From the NCBI GenBank assembly GCA_020632995.1, contig JACKEN010000001.1:265140-329139 (forward strand): a stretch of DNA of 64,000 bases, read 5' to 3'. Source of the DNA: Deltaproteobacteria bacterium (GTDB taxonomy: Bacteria; Myxococcota; Kuafuiibacteriia; Kuafuiibacteriales; Kuafuiibacteriaceae). The position numbers were made by a program, and so were the translations under genes. Under the pieces are notes generated by a model. The model had not been told where the DNA came from, ran no database searches, and was given only the letters and a program-made list of their open reading frames with translations. This document shows, in pieces, positions 8,559 through 17,887 of this stretch; the stretch's first letter is position 1, and every line of letters starts with the position of its first letter.

Positions 8559-11051
8559 ATGCGCAAAAGGGTTCAAGTAGTCAGCGCCGTTCTCGCGCTC
8601 GCGCTTGCGGGATGTGCCGGAGACAAGGGCGACACGGGCGCCACGGGTGCCACCGGCGCCACAGGACCGGAGGGCCCGGCGGGTCCGACCGGCGCGACCG
8701 GCGTCACCGGTCAGGACGGCCAGGATGGTCAGAACGGCCAGAATGGTCAGGACGGCCAGGATGGTCAGGACGGGCAGAACGGCCAGGACGGGCAGAACGG
8801 GCAGGACGGCTTGCCCGGCGCGCTCACCGTGAACCTGGCGGCCGAGGCGGTCTCCGCCCTCGAGATCACGATCGACAGCGTGTCCATGGGCGCGGTGTCC
8901 ACCATCGAGTTCACCGCGGTCGACGGCGCAGGCCGTGGCGCGGTCGGCCTCAAGGGCGGTAGCAGCGGCAACGTTCGCACTGCGCTCGCCAAGCTCCTCC
9001 CTCCACCTGCGAGCGGCGACCCCGACCACTGGCAGAGCATGTTCCTCCGGGCCCGGGGCACCGCCCCGAACCAGGTCACGCAGGCGACGAACGATCGCGG
9101 CGCCCTGGTGGACCACCTCGACGGCACCTACACCTATACCTTCGCGGGTGACGTGACCGCGGTGACCGACCCGGTCACCGGCGCTGCCGTGACCTGGGAG
9201 CCCACCCGCACCCACCGCCTGGTCCTGCAGGCCAGCGGCAGCGTGAACGGCAACTCGCTCCCGGCGGTGAACGCGGTGATGGACTTCGTGCCCGATGGCA
9301 GCGCAGTCACCGAGACCCGCAAGATCATCGAGACCAAGAACTGCAACGAGTGCCACGGGCGCATCGTCGCCCACGGCAGCCGCTACGACGCGGGCTACTG
9401 CGTGGTGTGCCACAACACCAACACCCGCAGCCTCGGCACCGACCTCACCATCGCGGACATGTCCTACATGATCCACGGCATCCACGGTGCTGGCTACCGC
9501 GCCGCTCGCGGCGGCCCGGACTTCATCATCGGCGGCGACAACTTCGCCGAGGTGACCTACCCGCAGGACCTGCGGCACTGCCGTAAGTGCCACGAGCAGA
9601 GCGCCGACGCCCCGGACGGCGACAACTGGAAGGCCGTGCCCAACAAGAACTCTTGCGGCGGCTGCCATGAGAACGACACCTACCGCGCCCACGTCGACCC
9701 GCAGACCAACGCCTCGTGCGTGACCTGCCACGGCCCGACCGCGGCCATCGCGCTGTGCGGCCCGACCAACAACGCCAGCTGCACGATCGAGTCGGTCCAC
9801 CTCACCGTGAACCCCACCACCAACAACCCGCAGGTCCCTGCCGGTCTGTCGGTGATCGAGTACGACGTGTCCGAGATGACGATCGACGCCAACAGCCAGG
9901 CCAACATCGTGTTCAAGGTGCTGCGTGACGGCGCCTCGGTCGACCTGATCACCCCGCCCGCGGACCTCACCGGCGGCCCGAGCTTCCTGCTCGCGTACGC
10001 CATGCCGCAGGACGGCATCGACGCCCCCGCCGACTACAACAACATGGGCCAGAGCGCGGCCCAGCCCGTCACCGTGTCCATCGCGAACCTGCGCGCGGGC
10101 ACCGCGGGCACCCTGACCGGCCCCGACGCCAACGGCTACTACACCGCGGTCGTCACGAGCTTCACGTTCCCCGTCGGCTCCACCATGCGTGCGGTGACCC
10201 TGCAGGGCTACTTCACCCAGGTGACGACCAACCTCGGCAACGTGGCGCGCCACGCGGTCGCGGCGGTCAAGGCGGCCACCGGCGACACGGCCCGTCGCGC
10301 CATCGTGGACTCGGCCAAGTGCGCCGGCTGCCACGAGTGGTTCGAGGCCCACGGCGGCAACCGCGTCTACGAGGTCCAGGCCTGCGTGATGTGTCACAAC
10401 CCGAACCTGTCCTCCGGCGGCCGCTCCGGTGACCCGGCGCGCATCGACGGCGACACCCAGGCCGAGCTCGACAACATCGCGTTCATCAACACCCACCTGT
10501 CCGGACGTGACCCGGTGGCTCCGTGGAACCCGGGCCCCATCGACGGGACGAACCCGCTGACCTACCCCGAGGAGTCGAACAACCTGAAGGACATGATCCA
10601 CGGGATCCACTCGTCGGCCATGCGGAGCACGGACTTCTCGTTCGTCCGCTACCGCAGCAACAACTTCTATCCCTTCAACTTCGCTGAGGTGACGTTCCCG
10701 AACGACCCCAACAACTGCGAGGCCTGCCACATCGCGGGGACCTACGACACCAACCTGCCCGCGGGCGAGCTGGCGTCGACCCAGATCATCCCCAGCACGG
10801 TCCCGAACGACCGAGCCTCCATCACGGCGGCTCGTGCCTCGGTGCCGAACGGCGAGGACATCGTGAAGAGCGCTGGCGCTGCGGCGTGCAGCAGCTGTCA
10901 CGACAACACCCAGGCCCTGAACCACATGAAGCTGAACGGCGCGTACATCAACGGGCCGCGCAGCGGGTTGGCCGCGGGCGACCTCGAGACCTGCAACGTC
11001 TGCCACGGCGCTGGCCGCACCGCGGACGCCGAAGTGGCCCACGGGAACTGA
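8559..11051 (+). CDS. Decahaem c-type cytochrome lipoprotein with an N-terminal collagen-like (Gly-X-Y)22 stalk
   Basis: ATG at 8559 with a GAGAGG RBS 7 nt upstream. The signal and lipobox are MRKRVQVVSAVLALALAGC. The collagen-like region is GDKGDTGATG...GQDGQNGQDGLPG. There are ten CxxCH motifs: CNECH, CVVCH, CRKCH, CGGCH, CVTCH, CAGCH, CVMCH, CEACH, CSSCH and CNVCH. Confidence 0.85.
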   Translation: MRKRVQVVSAVLALALAGCAGDKGDTGATGATGATGPEGPAGPTGATGVTGQDGQDGQNGQNGQDGQDGQDGQNGQDGQNGQDGLPGALTVNLAAEAVSALEITIDSVSMGAVSTIEFTAVDGAGRGAVGLKGGSSGNVRTALAKLLPPPASGDPDHWQSMFLRARGTAPNQVTQATNDRGALVDHLDGTYTYTFAGDVTAVTDPVTGAAVTWEPTRTHRLVLQASGSVNGNSLPAVNAVMDFVPDGSAVTETRKIIETKNCNECHGRIVAHGSRYDAGYCVVCHNTNTRSLGTDLTIADMSYMIHGIHGAGYRAARGGPDFIIGGDNFAEVTYPQDLRHCRKCHEQSADAPDGDNWKAVPNKNSCGGCHENDTYRAHVDPQTNASCVTCHGPTAAIALCGPTNNASCTIESVHLTVNPTTNNPQVPAGLSVIEYDVSEMTIDANSQANIVFKVLRDGASVDLITPPADLTGGPSFLLAYAMPQDGIDAPADYNNMGQSAAQPVTVSIANLRAGTAGTLTGPDANGYYTAVVTSFTFPVGSTMRAVTLQGYFTQVTTNLGNVARHAVAAVKAATGDTARRAIVDSAKCAGCHEWFEAHGGNRVYEVQACVMCHNPNLSSGGRSGDPARIDGDTQAELDNIAFINTHLSGRDPVAPWNPGPIDGTNPLTYPEESNNLKDMIHGIHSSAMRSTDFSFVRYRSNNFYPFNFAEVTFPNDPNNCEACHIAGTYDTNLPAGELASTQIIPSTVPNDRASITAARASVPNGEDIVKSAGAAACSSCHDNTQALNHMKLNGAYINGPRSGLAAGDLETCNVCHGAGRTADAEVAHGN
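8709..8810 (+). repeat. Tandem 9-bp repeat (about 11 units, GGY-CAG-RAY) encoding (GQD/GQN)n inside the collagen-like region
   Basis: The units ggtcaggac, ggccaggat, ggtcagaac and ggccagaat repeat head to tail. Confidence 0.8.
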
Positions 11052-11174
11052 GCCTGGTCCAGGCCCCCAACGGACGCCGCCAGGTCACCCCCTCGGGGCC
11101 TGGCGGCCTCCCTCTCTCCCCCACCTTCCGCGCCCAGCTGACGGCGGCGCCGGTTCATGCTTGAAGGTGTCGTG

Positions 11175-12023
11175 ATGCGTTCGACGCTCCTCTCCCTCCT
11201 CTTCGTGGTGGGCTGCGCCCAGGCCGCGGATACCAAGCCCGCGCCCGCCGCCCCGGCCCCAGAGGCGCCCGCGACCGGTCCCCTCGCGGTGGCGGTCCGG
11301 GTGAACGGCCGCCCGATCACCGAGGCCGAGGTGGCGCTCCGGATGAACGAGCGCGGCCCCGGCAAGGCCAAGCTCACCCGGGACGAGGCCCTCGAGCGGG
11401 TGATCGAGCTGGAGCTCCAGGCCCAGGCGGCGGAGGGCATGGGCGCCGACAAGGAGACGTCCTTCCTGGCCGACATGGCCCTGTTGCAGGCCAAGGTGAA
11501 CGACGCGCGCCGCACCGCGCTCGCCAAGAGCTATCGGATGCGGTCGGTCGATGGGTTGCCGCCGCCGAGCGAGGCCGAAGTGCAGGCCTACTTGACAGAG
11601 CACGAGGCCCGGCTCGACGTCGAGCTCAAGCTCCGTCGGGTGCGCGCTCGCACCCGGGCCGACGCGGAGGCGGCGCTCGCCGCGGTCCGCGCGGGCAAGC
11701 CCTTCGACGAGGTGGCCCACGAGTTCCCGGGCGAGACCTTCGACGTCGGCCCCCTCGGCTTCGACACCATCCCCGACCAGTGGTGGCGCGCCCTCGAGGG
11801 GGTGGAGCCGCCGGGGTTCGCCGAGGTGGTGCCGATGGGCGAGGGCCGGTTCGAGGTGCTGCAGCTCCTCGAGCGCAAGAAGGTCCCGCGCCCCGCCCCC
11901 GAGGAGCTCGCGCGGCGGGCGGCGGCGGTGCTCCACGCCCAGGCCTTCGAGGCCCGGCGGGCCACCCAGGCCGCCGAGATGCGGAAGGCCGCCCGGGTGG
12001 AGATCCCCGGCCAGGCCCCCTGA
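11175..12023 (+). CDS. PpiC/parvulin-type peptidyl-prolyl isomerase lipoprotein (SurA/PrsA-like chaperone)
   Basis: The signal and lipobox are MRSTLLSLLFVVGC. The C-terminal region EFPGETFDVGPLGF...VVPMGEGRFEVLQL resembles a parvulin domain. The RBS is GAAGGTG. Confidence 0.5.
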   Translation: MRSTLLSLLFVVGCAQAADTKPAPAAPAPEAPATGPLAVAVRVNGRPITEAEVALRMNERGPGKAKLTRDEALERVIELELQAQAAEGMGADKETSFLADMALLQAKVNDARRTALAKSYRMRSVDGLPPPSEAEVQAYLTEHEARLDVELKLRRVRARTRADAEAALAAVRAGKPFDEVAHEFPGETFDVGPLGFDTIPDQWWRALEGVEPPGFAEVVPMGEGRFEVLQLLERKKVPRPAPEELARRAAAVLHAQAFEARRATQAAEMRKAARVEIPGQAP

Positions 12024-12089
12024 GCCCGCGCCGTCGCTGGTTGCGCTTGCCGAAAGCGCCCCGAGGCCCTAGGTCTCGCCCCAGCCATC

Positions 12090-13367
12090 ATGCTGGATAT
12101 CAAGCTGATCCGAGAGAACACGGAAGAGGTCCGGGCCGCGCTCCTGAAGCGCATGGACGACGTGGACCTGGACGGCATCATCGCGCTCGACGAGAAGCGC
12201 CGGGGCCTGGTGGAGCGCATCGACACCTCCCGGGCCCAGCGCAACGAGCTCGCCAAGAAGATCGGCAAGCTCCGCGCCCAGAAGCAGGACTCGGCCGAGC
12301 TCGAGGCCGAGGCGGCGGCGCTCAGGGATGCGATCACCGAGGCCGAGCAGGGCCTGGCCTCGGCCGAGGCCGAGCTGCGCCAGCGGATGGACGAGCTGCC
12401 GAACATGCCCGACGATCGGGTGCCGGCGGGGGGCAAGGAGGCCAACCAGGTCGTCCGTACCTGGGGCGAGAAGCCTCAGCTCCCCGAGGGCGCGCCGGAC
12501 CACGTGGCCCTGTGCACCAAGCTCGGCCTCGTGGACTACGAGCGCGGGGTGAAGCTCGGCGGCAACGGCAGCTGGATCTACACCGGCATGGGCGCGGCCA
12601 TGGAGTGGGCGCTCCTGAACTTCTTCAACCAGGAGCACTTCGCGGACGGCTACACCTTCATGCTACCGCCCCACATGCTCCTGGACGAGTGCGGCTACAC
12701 CGCGGGGCAGTTCCCCAAGTTCCGCGACGACGTCTACCACCTCGCGGTGGAGGAGGGTGAGCGTGAGCGGTTCCTGCTCCCCACCGCGGAGACCGCGATC
12801 CTCAACGTCTACCGCGACGAGCTGATCCCGTTCGAGAAGCTCCCGATCAAGGCCTTCGCGTACACCCCGTGCTACCGGCGCGAGGCGGGCAGCCACCGGA
12901 GCGAGGAGCGCGGCACCATCCGCGGGCACCAGTTCAACAAGGTGGAGATGTTCCAGTTCGTACCCCCCGAGCTGGCCGAGCAGGCGTTCGAGGAGCTGGT
13001 GGGCAAGACCGAGCGGCTGGTCCAGAAGCTCGGCCTGCACTACCGCACGACGCTGTTGGCCGCGAAGGACGCCTCGGCCTCCATGCGCATGACCAACGAC
13101 ATCGAGGTGTGGCTGCCCAGCCTGGGCATCTACAAGGAGGTGTCGTCGGTGTCGTGGGCGGGCGAGTACCAGGCGCGCCGCGCGAGCATCCGCTTCAAGC
13201 GGGCCCCGAAGGGCAAGAGCGAGTACGTCCACACCCTGAACGGGTCGGGCCTCGCCACCAGCCGGCTCTTCCCCGCGATCATCGAGCAGCACCAGCAGCC
13301 CGACGGCTCGGTGCGGGTGCCGGAGCCCCTGCAGAAGTGGCTGGGGGTCGAGGTGCTGAAGCCGTAG
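12090..13367 (+). CDS. serS: Seryl-tRNA synthetase
   Basis: The N-terminus is MLDIKLIRENTEEV. There is a coiled-coil arm and class-II core motifs. The length is 425 aa. Confidence 0.9.
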   Translation: MLDIKLIRENTEEVRAALLKRMDDVDLDGIIALDEKRRGLVERIDTSRAQRNELAKKIGKLRAQKQDSAELEAEAAALRDAITEAEQGLASAEAELRQRMDELPNMPDDRVPAGGKEANQVVRTWGEKPQLPEGAPDHVALCTKLGLVDYERGVKLGGNGSWIYTGMGAAMEWALLNFFNQEHFADGYTFMLPPHMLLDECGYTAGQFPKFRDDVYHLAVEEGERERFLLPTAETAILNVYRDELIPFEKLPIKAFAYTPCYRREAGSHRSEERGTIRGHQFNKVEMFQFVPPELAEQAFEELVGKTERLVQKLGLHYRTTLLAAKDASASMRMTNDIEVWLPSLGIYKEVSSVSWAGEYQARRASIRFKRAPKGKSEYVHTLNGSGLATSRLFPAIIEQHQQPDGSVRVPEPLQKWLGVEVLKP

Positions 13368-13468
13368 GTCTGGGCTCCCGGGCCGGCGGGCCTTGTGGGC
13401 GTAAGGCGCCCGTGCCTCGGGTGTGGCCCCTTGCCCCCGTAGGGGAGCGTCGGTCACCATCGGGGCGC

Positions 13469-14041
13469 ATGCGCGCCCTGGCCTCGCTCTTCGTCCTCGC
13501 CCTCGTGCCCGGGGTGGCCTCGGCCCAGCGCCCCGCGCGGCCGGCCCAGGTCGCCCGGCCCGCCCCCGCCGCGAAGGCTGCGCCTCAGGCTGCTGCGGCC
13601 GCGCCCGCTGCCACCACGCCCGACCTCCACTTGGAGCAGACCGGGATCGGGCTGATCGTCCCCGCCGGGTGGACGTCCGAGGCCACCGGCGCCGAGACCT
13701 TCGTGCTCCTCGGCCCCGACGGGGTCACCACCCTCATGCTCTTCGGGGTCCCGGCCAAGGACATGGAGGGCGCGATGAAGGACCTCGAGCGCCTGGTGTC
13801 CGGCAAGGTCACCGCGGTGAAGCTCGAGCCGACCAAGGACGGCCGGGTGGGCGGGATGCCGGCGGTGATGGCCGACGGCAAGGGCCAGGTGGATGGCCAC
13901 GACGTCGACCTCGGGGTGATGCTCGTGCTGAACGAGGCGCGGCAGCGGGTGCTCTTCCTCGTGGGCTTCACCGTCCCCGGCAAGGGCGACTACGGCAAGG
14001 ACCTCGCGGACATGCTGAACAGCGTGCACACCGCGGAGTGA
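13469..14041 (+). CDS. Secreted hypothetical protein (signal peptide, then an Ala/Pro-rich linker and a globular domain)
   Basis: The ATG at 13469 gives MRALASLFVLALVPGVASAQ. The upstream part of track ORF 12869..14041 is the alternative frame of serS. Confidence 0.5.
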   Translation: MRALASLFVLALVPGVASAQRPARPAQVARPAPAAKAAPQAAAAAPAATTPDLHLEQTGIGLIVPAGWTSEATGAETFVLLGPDGVTTLMLFGVPAKDMEGAMKDLERLVSGKVTAVKLEPTKDGRVGGMPAVMADGKGQVDGHDVDLGVMLVLNEARQRVLFLVGFTVPGKGDYGKDLADMLNSVHTAE

Positions 14042-14057
14042 GGGGCCGTCGTTCGGG

Positions 14058-17000
14058 CTACGCGTCGTCCGCTTCGGGGTCGTCGAGCCCCGCCCGGATG
14101 AGGGCGGCGAGGTCCTCGGTGGTGAGCTTCGCCCCGGCCGAGGCGCCGCCGAGCACCGCGTCCGCGGTGGCCCGCTTGTCGTCCTGCAGATCCACGATCG
14201 CCGCCTCGATGGTGCCCTCCGCCACCAGGCGGTAGATGGTCACCGGGCGGCGCCGCCCGATGCGGTGGGCGCGGTCGCTCGCCTGGTCCTCCGCCGCCGG
14301 GTTCCACCACGGGTCCATGTGGATCACCGCGTCGGCCTCGGTGAGGTTCAGGCCGGTGCCCCCCGCCTTGAGCGAGATGAGGAACACCGCGCCCTCGCCG
14401 GCCTGGAACGCCTCCACCCGGCGGGCCCGCTCGCTCGCCGGGGTGCTCCCGGTGAGCACGAGGAACGGGATCCCCGCGCGATGCAAGGCTTCCTGCAGGA
14501 GATCCAGCTGACGCACGAACTGGCTGAACACCAGGGCCCGCTGGCCCGCGGCCATGAGCGCCTCGAGGAGCCCCATCAGGCGCTCGTGCTTGGCGGAGGG
14601 GAGGGCGGAGTCCCGCTGGTAGAGCCTCGGGTGGCAGGCCAGCTGGCGGAGGCGGGTGAGGGCGGCCAGCACCTGGAAACGGCGGTCCGCCTCCAGCCCC
14701 GGCACCACCGCCTCGGAGATCTCCCGCACCGCGGCGGCGTGCACCGACCGGTACAGCGCCCGCTCGGGGGCGGAGAGCGCCACGTCCACCCGCACCACGG
14801 TGCGCTCGGGCAGCTCCGGCGCCACCGCCCGCTTGGTGCGGCGGAGCAGGAAGGGTTGCACCAGCCGGGCCAGGCGCTCGAGGCGCCGGCCGGTGGCCCG
14901 CGCGTCACCGGGGACGGGGCCGAAGCGCCCGAGGAAGGCCTCGCGCTGGCCCAGCAGGCCCGGCGAGACCGCGTCGAGCACGCTCCACAGGTCCTGCACG
15001 TCGTTCTCGATCGGGGTGCCGGTGAGGGCGAGCCGAAAGCCCGCTTGCAGCGCGCGCGCTGCCTGGCTCCGCCGGGCGCCGGGGTTCTTGATCGCCTGCG
15101 CCTCGTCGAGGACAACGGTGGCGAAGGGGAGGGCGGCCAGGGCCTCGACGTCCCGCACCAGGAGATCGTAGCTGGTGATGAGCACCGCGCCCGGGCCGAG
15201 GTCGCGGAGGAGGGCGGCCCGCGCCGGCCCCCGGTACAGGCGCGCGTCGAGGGTCGGGGCGAAGCGCCCCAGCTCCCGCAGCCAGCCGTGCGAGACCGAG
15301 GTGGGGGTCACCACGAGGGCGGGGCCGGCGGCGCCGCGGGCGGCGAGCACCGCGATGGTCTGCACCGTCTTGCCGAGGCCCATCTCGTCCGCGAGCACCG
15401 CGCCCAGGCCCTGGTGGGCCAGGCGCATCATCCAGGCGTAGCCGGTGGCCTGATAGGGGCGCAGGTCTGCTTGCAGGGCCTCCGGGAGCTCGGGCTCGAG
15501 GTCATCCGCCTCGGCCAGGCGCTGCAGGCGGGCCTGCCAGTCGGGGGGGCGCGGGCCGCTGGCCGCGGCGGCGAGGAGCCCCTCGGCCTGCCGCAACCCC
15601 GCCGGCACCACCACCACCTTGGTGCCCCGGGCCTCGAGCCCGGACATCGCCTCGTCGAGCGCGGCCGAGAGGTCGTCATCGAGGCCCACCACCCGGCCCT
15701 CGCCTGCGGTGACGAAGCGCTCGTCCCGGCGCCGGGCCTCGAGCAGCACCGCCAGGGCCACCGTGGTGTCGTCGACCTCGAGCCCGCCCTCGAGGCGGAA
15801 GCCGCCCGCGTGGGCCTGGACCCCGAGCTTCAGCCCGGCGAGGCCGGCCCGGGTGATGCGCCAGCCGCCCTCGGGGAGCTCGACCGCCACGTCGTCCCTG
15901 GCCTCGGCCGCCGACAGGGCCCTCAGCGCCTCCTGGGTGGTGAGCATCCGCCGGTAGCCGGCCTGGCCGAGGCCGAGCTCGGCGGCAAGCTGGCTTGCCG
16001 TACGCCGCTCCGCCGCCCGGTCCCGGGCAAGGATCCGGATCCCATCGTCGCCCTGCACCGGGAGGTGCTCGGGGCCCTCGCCGGGCAGGAAGGTCGGCAG
16101 GGCCGGATCCACCTGCACCCGCAGCTCGCCCCATGCCCCGTCGGCGCCCTCGGGGGTCAGCCGGAGCACGAGGCGGCGCGGGGAGGCGGCGGGCTGGCCG
16201 AGGGACGGATCCAGATCCAGCCCCAGGCGCTCCACCAGGGTGAGGAGCTGGGGCAGGGCGGCCGGCACCTCCTCGGGGCGCAGCGCGAGGTCGTAGTGGG
16301 CCGCGGCCTCGAGGGCCTTCCGCACCGCGGGGGGCAGGGTGATCAGCCAGCAGGCCTCCCCCTCCAGCCACACCCCGGTGTCGCCGGACGCGCGCTCGAG
16401 CAAGGTCGCTTGCGCTTCCCAAGAGCGCAGCTGCCCCGCGAAGTGGGGGCGGAGCACCAGGGCCTCGTCGATCAGGACCAGGCGCACCTCCAAGGCGCAG
16501 CGGCGGATCGCCAACCGAGCTTCGGAGCCATCCGCCCGGACCAGGTCCGGGTGCCCCTCCAGGATGTCCAGCACCTGGGCCTGGAGCACCGCGCCCAGCC
16601 CGGTCATCTGGCGCTGGCGCCGCAGGTCCGGGTACTGGGCGAGCAGGTCCAGGGCCCGTCGATCCTGAGCGGTCCCCACGCCGTCCACCAGGAGCTTCTC
16701 CACCGTCACCGGCTCGGGCTTGAGCCACCCCCGCTGGCCGCGCCGCACCCGCACCACCGCCAGCTCATCCGGCGCCACCGTCCACACCAGGCGCTGGGGC
16801 GTGGGGTCGGGGAGCTGGTCGAGGATCAGCTGCAGGCCACGTTGCCAACTCGGGAGGCTGAGCTGCTCGAGGAGGACCCCCCGCAGGGGGTGCTCCGGGT
16901 CTCGAAGGGCCTTCAGGAGGAGGTCCACCAAGGCGAGGCCGAGAGCGTGGGCCTCGGCGCGCGGGGCGTCCACCTCGAGGCTGGCGCGGCTCATGCCTGC

Positions 17001-17849
17001 CGCGGCGAGGGGCAGGGTGACGGAGCCCTCGCGGTCCCCCACCCACGCCACCCCCGCGGTGGGCACCCGCTCCCGGGTGAGGTGGTACTTCACCGTCCCG
17101 TCCCTGAGCGCCATCGGGCAGGTCACCTTGCGGAGCTCGGCTCGCAGGTCGACCAGGGCAACCCGCAGCGCTTCGGCCGGCTCGGGCAGCGGCGGGCCGG
17201 GGAGCCAGGGCGCGTCGAGCTCTTCCTGGCGCAGGCTCTGTTGCACGTCCTCCACCGAGGCGAGGAGGTAGGTCCGGACCTGCGCGATGCGCCAGCCGTC
17301 GAAGCCGGCCAGGGGGCCCTCCAGGAAGGCCTCCACCGACACCGCGGGGGCCCGCGGATCGCGCAGGGCCGCCCGGAGCGGCTCGGCCAGCACCCATGTC
17401 GCGCCCGCGGCGCGGTGCCACGCCACCAGGTCCGCCACCGAGGCCCGCGTGCCAGGTGGGGGCGGGGGCGGGGTGGCGCCCGGCGCGGCGACGCCGGAGG
17501 CCGGAGTGGCGCGGACGGCGGCGGGCGGCGCCTCCCGGCTCGCGGGGCTAGCCGTCCGGCTCACCGGGCCCGCCTTGGAGCTCGAGGGGGGCGCTTCGAC
17601 CTTCAGCAGGCCCTGCACGAGTCCGAGCACCGCCTGGCGCGGCTTTCGGAGGTGGCGCCCCGCGAGCATGACGTCGCCCTCCGACAGGAGGTCGTCCACG
17701 GTGTCGAAGCCCTTCTGCCGGAGCCCGTGCAGCATCGCCTGGAGCTTCCGGTCCCGGGTCCGCTGCACCAGCTCCTCCAGCGGGGTGTGCAGCGCCATGG
17801 GGCGCTGGGCCAGGAGCGCCGCCCGGACCGCCATGAACTCACCGGCCAC
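14058..17849 (-). CDS. SNF2/Swi2-family DEAD/DEAH helicase with a large (about 650 aa) N-terminal region of unknown function
   Basis: LADEMGLGKTVQTIAVL is the Walker A, and DEAQAIKN is the DEAH-box equivalent. The helicase-C motifs are ALVFSQF...LISLKAGGTGLNLTEADAVIHMDPWWNPAAEDQASDRAHRIGR. Confidence 0.85.
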   Translation of the reverse strand: MAGEFMAVRAALLAQRPMALHTPLEELVQRTRDRKLQAMLHGLRQKGFDTVDDLLSEGDVMLAGRHLRKPRQAVLGLVQGLLKVEAPPSSSKAGPVSRTASPASREAPPAAVRATPASGVAAPGATPPPPPPGTRASVADLVAWHRAAGATWVLAEPLRAALRDPRAPAVSVEAFLEGPLAGFDGWRIAQVRTYLLASVEDVQQSLRQEELDAPWLPGPPLPEPAEALRVALVDLRAELRKVTCPMALRDGTVKYHLTRERVPTAGVAWVGDREGSVTLPLAAAGMSRASLEVDAPRAEAHALGLALVDLLLKALRDPEHPLRGVLLEQLSLPSWQRGLQLILDQLPDPTPQRLVWTVAPDELAVVRVRRGQRGWLKPEPVTVEKLLVDGVGTAQDRRALDLLAQYPDLRRQRQMTGLGAVLQAQVLDILEGHPDLVRADGSEARLAIRRCALEVRLVLIDEALVLRPHFAGQLRSWEAQATLLERASGDTGVWLEGEACWLITLPPAVRKALEAAAHYDLALRPEEVPAALPQLLTLVERLGLDLDPSLGQPAASPRRLVLRLTPEGADGAWGELRVQVDPALPTFLPGEGPEHLPVQGDDGIRILARDRAAERRTASQLAAELGLGQAGYRRMLTTQEALRALSAAEARDDVAVELPEGGWRITRAGLAGLKLGVQAHAGGFRLEGGLEVDDTTVALAVLLEARRRDERFVTAGEGRVVGLDDDLSAALDEAMSGLEARGTKVVVVPAGLRQAEGLLAAAASGPRPPDWQARLQRLAEADDLEPELPEALQADLRPYQATGYAWMMRLAHQGLGAVLADEMGLGKTVQTIAVLAARGAAGPALVVTPTSVSHGWLRELGRFAPTLDARLYRGPARAALLRDLGPGAVLITSYDLLVRDVEALAALPFATVVLDEAQAIKNPGARRSQAARALQAGFRLALTGTPIENDVQDLWSVLDAVSPGLLGQREAFLGRFGPVPGDARATGRRLERLARLVQPFLLRRTKRAVAPELPERTVVRVDVALSAPERALYRSVHAAAVREISEAVVPGLEADRRFQVLAALTRLRQLACHPRLYQRDSALPSAKHERLMGLLEALMAAGQRALVFSQFVRQLDLLQEALHRAGIPFLVLTGSTPASERARRVEAFQAGEGAVFLISLKAGGTGLNLTEADAVIHMDPWWNPAAEDQASDRAHRIGRRRPVTIYRLVAEGTIEAAIVDLQDDKRATADAVLGGASAGAKLTTEDLAALIRAGLDDPEADDA

Positions 17850-17887
17850 GCCGCCAGGTAGGGCGTCGGGGGCCGGGTGACAAGCGC

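Noticed and set aside
8709-8810. Short regularly spaced repeats that could superficially resemble a CRISPR array
   Set aside because: The units are 9 bp, contiguous with no spacers. They are in frame inside a coding region, where they encode GQD/GQN. This is a collagen-like tandem repeat, not CRISPR.
11052-11174. Possible terminator hairpin GCCAGG-N14-CCTGGC after the cytochrome gene
   Set aside because: The stem is only 6 bp with a 14-nt loop and no U-tract. It is indistinguishable from chance GC-rich pairing.
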